A stretch of 64,000 nucleotides of DNA, taken from assembly GCA_951406725.2 (NCBI GenBank), contig OX597817.1, positions 70,246,001-70,310,000 on the forward strand. Direction: 5' to 3'. Under the pieces are notes generated by a model. That model saw only the letters and a program-made list of their open reading frames with translations. It ran no database searches and had not been told where the DNA came from. The translations under genes and the position numbers were made by a program. Below are positions 56,225 to 64,000 of the stretch, piece by piece. Each line of letters begins with the position of its first letter. The first letter of the stretch is position 1. The DNA is from Octopus vulgaris. Its lineage: Eukaryota.

Positions 56225-57425
56225 ATTAAATTCTTTCCAGTTTTCTCAAGGCCTTTGTATTCAAGGCTCATGCCTCACTACCATGCAGCATCATAGTTCC
56301 AACACAATCATCATACAATCTACTCTTCACTCTGAAGGAAAAGACCTTTGTTGTCATCAGCAATAGTAGCTCTATGAACATTTTCCAACCTGCTCCTATC
56401 CTAGCTATTTCCCTTGCTAATTACTTCTCCTAGATAATAAAAGTTATCATCAACTTCTAGTGACCCCTCCAGACATTTAAGAGTATCTATTTCTGGAGTG
56501 CTTGAAGTACATACAACGCAACTGTCACTCATGAAGCTTACTTTCTTTAGTCTGGCTGTGATTCCACTACACCTCTTGTGCATTCATAACTAACAGTGAT
56601 GTACAGCATACAGAGTTTCTACCATGTTAATTTCTGCAACCTGAGCAAAGCCATTTTCCTGAAGATACCAACGTCCAATCTTCTTTCCTACCTACTAAAA
56701 ACTTAGTCTTTGCTCAGTTTACCTTTAGGCTTCTCAATTTTAGGTTTGCTTCCTCTCTAATTCCACTATAGATCCAGTTACAAGAACTAAATTAGCAGCA
56801 AATAAGAGTGCTCATAGACAACTAATCTTACATTCCACTGTAATGATCTTATAGGACTATGATGAATAAGGGAGGACTGAGGAGTGAGCCTTGATGAACT
56901 CTCACTTTCAAGTTAAATTCACGAATGAAATTGTTGCTGATTCTCACTTACTGCATCAATGTACACTACTTGTACAGCCCTCACAAGCCATTTGTCTACA
57001 TCTATTTCCTTACTGACCAACAAATTACTACACATGCATCCTGTCAAATGCCTTCTCCAAAGCAACAAAGTGCAGCAATAGTGGTTTATACTTAGACAAG
57101 TATCTTTATTGGAGATTCCTTAAATGCACTCATGGTACATCTTATGAGCACAATGCTAAACTACATATTATCTAGGTCTATTCTTACATAATATCTAGGT
57201 CTATTCTTACATATCATCTAGGTCTATTCCGTTTCAGATCAATTGTGTTATGGCTTTCTCTTTCACTTTCATAATCAAGTAGGTTGATTCTTCTATAATT
57301 TCTTCCAACCAAGACATTTCCTTTATCTTTGTAACAGTTTTTGATGATACTGCCATGTCGGTCATTGGGTATGACACTTTCTTGTATAACATAATTAACT
57401 ATATCAGTGTACCTTACCACACCAA
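56225..57425 (-). mobile_element. Degenerate RTE-clade LINE reverse transcriptase fragment
   Basis: YKDKGN....NYR.I.LL, HQGS.LSP.LFI, HKRCSGI, LEV.DNFYYLG, GW..F.ELL.L.T......VK.RLY..CV...MLHGSE. Confidence 0.8.
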
Positions 57426-57544
57426 ACATACATACAAACACACACACATATATATATACATAAGTGCATACATATACATACTTATATATACATAAGTGCA
57501 TACATATACATACTTATATATACATAAGTGCATACATATACATA

Positions 57545-57578
<34 letters not shown>

Positions 57579-58219
57579 CATTCATACATATTTGTACAGA
57601 TATACATGAGTATATATAAAATACATTGACACGTGTGCATACACATGTATACATAAGTGTGTGTGCATGTGTGTGTAAAACAAAGACAAAGAAAGATATA
57701 CTAAATACCATACAAGATAAATTCTTGATTTATTGAAATTATCTTCACTTCAAGAGAAGGTAAACAAATACATAGCAGCAATTGCAACCGACTCCAAATA
57801 AGAAGGAGAAATAATCTCAAGAAACTATCTCCACAACATGCCCTTCTGGAAAAGGTCTTTTCTTTTTCTTATTCTTTTATAGCCTGGAAACAACAGGATA
57901 ACTTTGAAACATGTGTTTCTGCTTCAACAAGTATCATTAGCACAGCAATTCACCGATGTTGACATAAGACTGAGACATGTACAAAAAAAGTAGAGAACAT
58001 TTATGACCAAGGAAAATGTGTATAATTGAAATGAAAATTATCTAAGGGAAATGACCGAGATGGTCAGTAGCTCCCGTTCTGTCAACAACTATCCCAACCT
58101 CTAATCCTACATGCTTTGTTGTGAACAGGGGAGAGAGAGAGAGAGAGAAAGAAAGAAAGAGAGTAAAAATTAAGGTGTGTTTATATGTATATAAATTTAT
58201 GTATGTGTGTGTGTATGTC

Positions 58220-58600
58220 TTTTGCTTGTTGCAGTCAATGGACTGCTGTCATGCTGGGGCACCAGTTTGGAGGGTTTTAGTTAAATGAATCGACCCCAGT
58301 AACTATAATATTTTTTTAAGACCGGCACTTATTCTATCGGTTCCTTTTGCCAAACCACTAAGTTACAGATGTGTAAACAAAAAAACACCACTTGTAAAGC
58401 AGTGATGGGGGGACAAATACAAGCACGCATAAATATTTATACATATGTACAACAGGCTTCTTTCAGTTTTCTTTCTACCAAGTCCACTCACAAAGCTTTT
58501 GGCCATCCCAAAAGACACTTGCCCAGGGTGCTGTGCAGTGGGATTGACCTAGAAACCATGTGGGTAGGATGCAGATTTCTGACATACAGCCATGCCTGCA
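58220..58600 (-). mobile_element. SINE family A (old copy)
   Basis: Diverged reverse complement of family A. Confidence 0.7.
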
Positions 58601-58648
<48 letters not shown>

Positions 58649-59973
58649 CGCACATAACAAATTACCCATACACTTACAAATATACACAAACTATTTACAT
58701 ATACAACCATACTTCCATGTGTAAACATGTTTATAATCCTCTACATGCACAGAGCAAACATCTGCTTTGCATGTCAGCATATCTGTTCATGCAGCAATCC
58801 ATACACTTATACACATACAAACACAAACTTGCATTCATATGGTATCAATAAAGTCAGGTACAAATACACACACATGCACACGCACAAACAACCATAATCA
58901 TTTACACATATATCTTACACAGGTACACACAACCACACACACACATGCTTTCATACACTATCCACATACAAACCCAAACACATTAATGCTCACATGCATA
59001 CACACACATGAATTAATGTTCACCGCATACACACTCGCAAACATAAACACACTGATGTTTTATACAGATATACATACATACTGCCATGAACAACCATCTA
59101 ATCTCTCACATACACAAACAGACATAAGTACACTCACAAAAATCATGTAGAAGCAACATAGATGAAACAGAAGCAATGTTTCCATTCTCATCCACATAAA
59201 AACGTGCATGATAGTTCGATGGTGAAGGGCAGTTCTTATAGAATAATACCTGTAGTTAACCCTTTTCACAAAACCTGGTTCAAGGACCATAGTACTGGGA
59301 CGTGGTCCTAGTTCCACTTTCTGTTGTGACACAAAAATGAGAGACAAAGAGATAGACGCTTCCTCTGGAGACAGAGCTAGTCTATCATAAATGGCATTCC
59401 CCAATAATGTCTGGTATCTACTGCAGACAACTATAATGAACTGAGACAGTGTAGGATAGATGTATAGAGTCTGCCCCAAAGACAAAATAAAACCCCTGCA
59501 TGTGAATTTGAAACTAAGAACAATGATCAGGAATCTAAGCACTTTAACCATTTCAGGCTAACGTGTTTAGTAAGAATTTTTTTTGCCAATGCCTAAGATA
59601 CCATTGGTATTTGTATATGTTAATAGCTATATTACCATGTGCTATTGGTATTTTCTAACATACTAATAATAGATCATAATAAACCAGTACTATATGAGAT
59701 TATATCAATAGAATATGGTAATGTACCATTGTGCCTGAGATGCAATAACAAAAAGGCAAATTCCTTCAAAATCTGGAACAATTAATAAACATATTTTTCG
59801 AGAGAGGGTGTGTCTATGAGCAATTTATACATACACAAATGAGTATGAGTGTATGTGTGTACATGGAATATGTGTATATAATGCTGTCACAGCACAGCCA
59901 GAGGTCAGTAGATAAAAGAGAATATATATGCACACACACACACATATATATCTATATATATATGCATGTGTGA

Positions 59974-60019
<46 letters not shown>

Positions 60020-60308
60020 GTATAAGTACTATTTATATACACACATATATGGGTGTCCAAATGTAAAAATTGTGTAAGCATGTGAAGGGACATTTATGTA
60101 TATGTGTGTGTATCTAAGTAAATATGTATGCATGTGGAGATTATATACATGTCAATGAATATAAATATGTGTGTGTGTGTGTACATATATATATAATACA
60201 ACAGATAAACATTTTTTGAAAAAAAAGAATATGTATTGTATTTTTTTAATTAAAAATAAAACGAACAGTAAAATCGCCCAGACTGCCAGAAAAAAGTATA
60301 TATATATT

Positions 60309-60341
<33 letters not shown>

Positions 60342-60380
60342 CATAATAATCATAATAATAATAATAAAAGTGCTACTATA

Positions 60381-60720
60381 TGAGGTAAATGATATCAGCC
60401 TGTCTGAGGAACTGATATCAACCTGTATGAGGTAATGATATTGGCCTCAAACTGGTAGTGACATCAGCTTCCTGTTGGAGGTAGTAACATCAGCCTGTTA
60501 GGGGTAGAGATATCAAAGTCAGCCTGTGTGAGGTAATGATATCAGCCTGATATTAGCCTCCTAGAGGAGGCAACTGTCTCTGCCTATGTGAGGTAATGAT
60601 ATCAGGCTTATTTATTTATCTATCAGTGATTGATGATATCCTGCCTGTCAGAAGGCAATGATATCAAGCCTGTGAGAGGCAATGATATCTAGCCTATTGG
60701 AGGTATTTTTTGTAATATCA
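60381..60720. repeat. Degenerate ~23-bp tandem repeat (TGAGGTAATGATATCAGCCTGTN) in the presumptive 3' UTR of the Kelch gene
   Basis: About 12 imperfect units with recurring GAGGTA and GATATC-AGCCTG motifs. Confidence 0.8.
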
Positions 60721-60728
60721 GTTAGAAC

Positions 60729-62357
60729 TCATTTCTCTTTTAACACCATCTTGGCCACTTTCTCTTCATTAAAGTTTATGTGCATCTGGATGCATACTGC
60801 AGTGGTCAAACTCATTCGCTGTGGGGCTTTTGTATACTTAGACCAGTCGTCAAGCACGGTGTCGTAGACCCAAATCTCATCTTCTGTAGCTCGGTGATGC
60901 TCGTGCCCTAAGCACAAAACCTGATTCTCAAACACTATATAGTGTCCAACAGAACGTCCACTCAGAGTGGACGAGGTCAAAATGGTCCATTGTTCTGATG
61001 CCAAGTCAAAGTACTCGATTGGAATCTGGCCATGTAGTGGGATTCCTTGTCTTGGAATGCCACCATGAACATATATCTTTTCCTGGAAAGATACCATGTC
61101 GTGGAGTCGACGCGCATAGAACATGCCAGGCTTCACCTCGTATCTGTGCGTGAGAATGTTGAAACACATAAAGCTGTTTGTGGCCTGCCTCTCCTGGCCT
61201 GTCACCCCACCTGACAGATAGATTCGTGTCTCGTGGACAACTGTCGCTAAGGAGTGGACCGGATTGGGCAGGTACAACAGCTCTTCCCACATATTGGTCT
61301 TGACATTGTAACACTCAACTGAGTCGAGAATGGCAAACTGTTCAGTTGAGCCACCAAACACATAGAGACAATGCTTATGTGCAGTGAGTGCAAAATCAAG
61401 TCGGAGTTGTTTCATTGGGTGCAATTCCTGCCCAACCAAGTGTCGTGGATCAAATCTAAACAATGAACTCATAAGAGTGCCGCCACCGAAATCAACAACA
61501 CGGCAAATATAGGCAAAATTGTCAATGACGGCAATACGACAGTCCCTGCTGCCATTGACATCAGAAAAAAGCCGGAAAAACTTATTGTTTTCCGGATTGT
61601 AAGCTGTTACTTGAAACGGCATGTATGCTGTTCCATGGTGCACAAGCACCAAACTCGATGTATTAGTCCGGATTGTTGATGACTCGTCGATGACAGGATG
61701 TCCCTGTTTACAGTCAATGTGATATTGGAAGCCTTTGGCAATATACTGCGCTCCATTGGGCACCTTCTGGAAAAGTTCACTGTCCTTAATTGATGTTAAT
61801 TCGATGAGAGACATTAAAGGAAAACGTAAATGAGGCATGATGATGCTGCTGTCAGTTGTAATACGTGACGAACTTACAGCCAGCCACTTTTCTAAGCATT
61901 GATATAAACGATACTCGGAGACAGTGCATAACAAATTGGACGAAAGGTACTTGACAAGTTTTTGAGCACTGAGTTTGAGAAATGCTTGGCTGTTGCTGAA
62001 TTCATGAAAGTTTGATAAAATCATATCATCCCAATGTAGTAGGACTTTCTCCAGAGAATATGTGTCAGCAATACTGAGGAAGTCATCGGCATTGTCAAAT
62101 GTCATCAGAGATTTGATGTAGTTGCTGCATAAGTCGAGGGCGTAGGACACTTGCAGGTGACTGGCAGTGTTGATGATTTCGGTGAGGTTGTCATAGTACA
62201 GCGACATTTTACCTGTGTATATGAAGTCTATCACCTGTTGCAGTCCATCAGCAGTTACACCTTTCAAGTCCACTGTGTCCTGCTTGCTCTCAGCCATCAT
62301 ACCTCGGAACATCACTCGGAAGTAGTCACTAGCAGCTGCCAGTAATGCCTTGTGAAC
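60729..62357 (-). CDS. Terminal coding exon (542 aa + stop) of a BTB-BACK-Kelch (KLHL-family) protein, probable CUL3 adaptor; upstream exon(s) not identified
   Basis: Uninterrupted 1629-nt frame after a polypyrimidine tract and TTCAG acceptor at 62358-62360 (phase 0). BTB part [17 protein letters not shown]...[19 protein letters not shown] (VSEY.LY...KWL, HLRFPLM) and Kelch repeats (LYVFGG, IYLSGG, IYVHGG, VECYN..TN.W). Confidence 0.93.
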   Translation of the reverse strand, partial: VHKALLAAASDYFRVMFRGMMAESKQDTVDLKGVTADGLQQVIDFIYTGKMSLYYDNLTEIINTASHLQVSYALDLCSNYIKSLMTFDNADDFLSIADTYSLEKVLLHWDDMILSNFHEFSNSQAFLKLSAQKLVKYLSSNLLCTVSEYRLYQCLEKWLAVSSSRITTDSSIIMPHLRFPLMSLIELTSIKDSELFQKVPNGAQYIAKGFQYHIDCKQGHPVIDESSTIRTNTSSLVLVHHGTAYMPFQVTAYNPENNKFFRLFSDVNGSRDCRIAVIDNFAYICRVVDFGGGTLMSSLFRFDPRHLVGQELHPMKQLRLDFALTAHKHCLYVFGGSTEQFAILDSVECYNVKTNMWEELLYLPNPVHSLATVVHETRIYLSGGVTGQERQATNSFMCFNILTHRYEVKPGMFYARRLHDMVSFQEKIYVHGGIPRQGIPLHGQIPIEYFDLASEQWTILTSSTLSGRSVGHYIVFENQVLCLGHEHHRATEDEIWVYDTVLDDWSKYTKAPQRMSLTTAVCIQMHINFNEEKVAKMVLKEK

Positions 62358-62485
62358 CTGAAGAATAAAAAGAAGAAAAAATAGTAAAGATGGTGGTGGT
62401 AGTGGTAGTAGTAGCAGTAGTAGTGGCGATAGTGGTGGTGGTGGTGGTAGTTGTAGTAGTGGTGGTGGTAGTGGTAGTAGTAGTG

Positions 62486-62527
<42 letters not shown>

Positions 62528-64000
62528 AAGGCATTAGGAGTAGTACTGACAGTAGCTGTGGGGTAGTGATGTGGGTGAGGGTGGCAGTGTAAGTAGTAGC
62601 AATAGCAGTTAGGAAGTAGTAATAGTGGTGGTGATGCCCTTTAGTGCCACCATGTAACAACACTCTTCATTACAAGGTACTAGCCAAAGTATCACCAAAC
62701 CCAGTGGTTCTCAACCAGGGTCTACATGACCCTTAGGGGCCCATTATACAATTTTATGGCAAAAATTTATCTGCAATAAAATGATTATATTTCAACAATC
62801 TTTTTCTATTTATCTTTTACTAGTTTCGGTCAGATCCAGATAAAGATTTAAATGAAACCAAATGACAGATTAATCTGTCACCTATGAACAGGTGATAGAT
62901 TAATCCATCTATTTCCATCTACACAATTTAGTTCATTATGTTTGGTTCAACCGTAGGCTATGTGTGGTAAAAAAACAAACTTCCCTTAAGTGCTGCATAT
63001 CCTAAGTCAATGGATCTGTGATATTTAAAACAATAAGTATTCCAGTAATTGGATCAACTGTGGTACCAGCTCACTGAATAAGTGGCTGAGTATTTCTTAT
63101 TCCACAGGCAGTTGTACTCTTAAGGTAATCTTCATGTACAATCAGTATGACACAGTGTGTGAGAAGGTCGGTCCTTTGAATTACAGGTACTCTTTCTGTC
63201 TACTCCTATTCAATTTTGTTGACATGAGTTGGGTCAATATCAATCCTGACCATGGGGGGAAAAAAACATTTGCCCAAAATAACATGCAAGTGGATCAAAC
63301 CAGGAATTTCAGGACATGTGAAGCAAACTTCTTAACCAACTATTTGAAAAGAGAACATTGTCTAATGTACTCCAAGATGGATTGTTTGAAAGAGAAAAAG
63401 ACACAACAAACAAAACCGCAATGGACGAAATGCTTGTAGTCCTTTAACATTCCAATTACTCTGTCAAATGTAATGTTTATTTACTCATAATAAATAAATG
63501 CGCCCTTTTAAAGCCTAGTCAGGCTCATGGGCCTGGTTTCCCGTTTTCTATGGCATATGTGTTCCCCAGCTGGACGGGACGCCAGTCCATCACAGCGTTA
63601 CTCATTTTTACCAGCTGAGTGAACTGGAGCAACATGAAATGAAGTGTTTTGCTCAAGAACACAACGCGTCGCCCGGTCCAGGAATCGAAACCACAATCTT
63701 ACGATCATGATGCTGACACCTTAACCACTAAGCCACCGCCGCCACTATTTACTCACATTACTGTGAATTTTCTTATATCTTTGACATTTCATTGATGTGA
63801 TTGTTTATTTTGAAAATGACATGGTAAGGCAAGTGTGAGAGGCCAGATCTGACTACTTTGAACATAAAACAGGTAGAATACTTGGGTCAGATAAGGGGTA
63901 ATGAGTAAAGACTCACTTCATTTATAAAAGACCATGGGATTGCCCCTATGAAGTTACCTTCGAAGCACATGGAGCAATGTGAAATGAAGTGTCTTGCGCA

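Noticed and set aside
59060-59551. 163-aa minus-strand ORF downstream of the Kelch exon
   Set aside because: No domain signature; likely chance or UTR sequence.
62358-62663. N-terminal 102 aa of the 644-aa ORF (poly-L/P)
   Set aside because: Translation of intronic (GGT/AGT)n repeats upstream of a clear splice acceptor; not part of the protein.
62702-62745. hAT-type TIR CAGTGGTTCTCAACC
   Set aside because: No matching opposite TIR identified, so no element boundaries can be supported.

Overview
AT-rich, repeat-dense eukaryotic DNA. The tRNA-derived SINE families and the (AT)n/(AAT)n/(AC)n load resemble an octopus or other coleoid cephalopod genome (inference). The only clear host coding sequence is the large terminal exon of a BTB-BACK-Kelch (KLHL-type) gene on the minus strand (62357-60729). 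The rest is nested mobile DNA: four Tc1/mariner lineages (rosa-like, mariner DD34D, maT DD37D, MITEs), Helitrons and a HINE, R4/Dong-type LINE pieces in (AAT)n, CR1/L2-group and RTE LINE relics, a Gypsy gag relic, an ORF1-only retroelement, many SINEs and several satellites. Most ORFs in the track are microsatellite artefacts. Two candidates stand out. (1) A near-identical 360-bp non-coding unit, present in tandem and inverted copies inside (TA)n (20227-21229), each copy carrying a type I hammerhead-ribozyme motif; this is a candidate retrozyme/circRNA element, with a related fold-back copy at 19578-19869. (2) A degenerate 23-bp repeat directly after the Kelch gene stop codon that creates six let-7 seed matches around a proximal AATAAA. 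Family assignments come from motif recognition only; no database searches were run.
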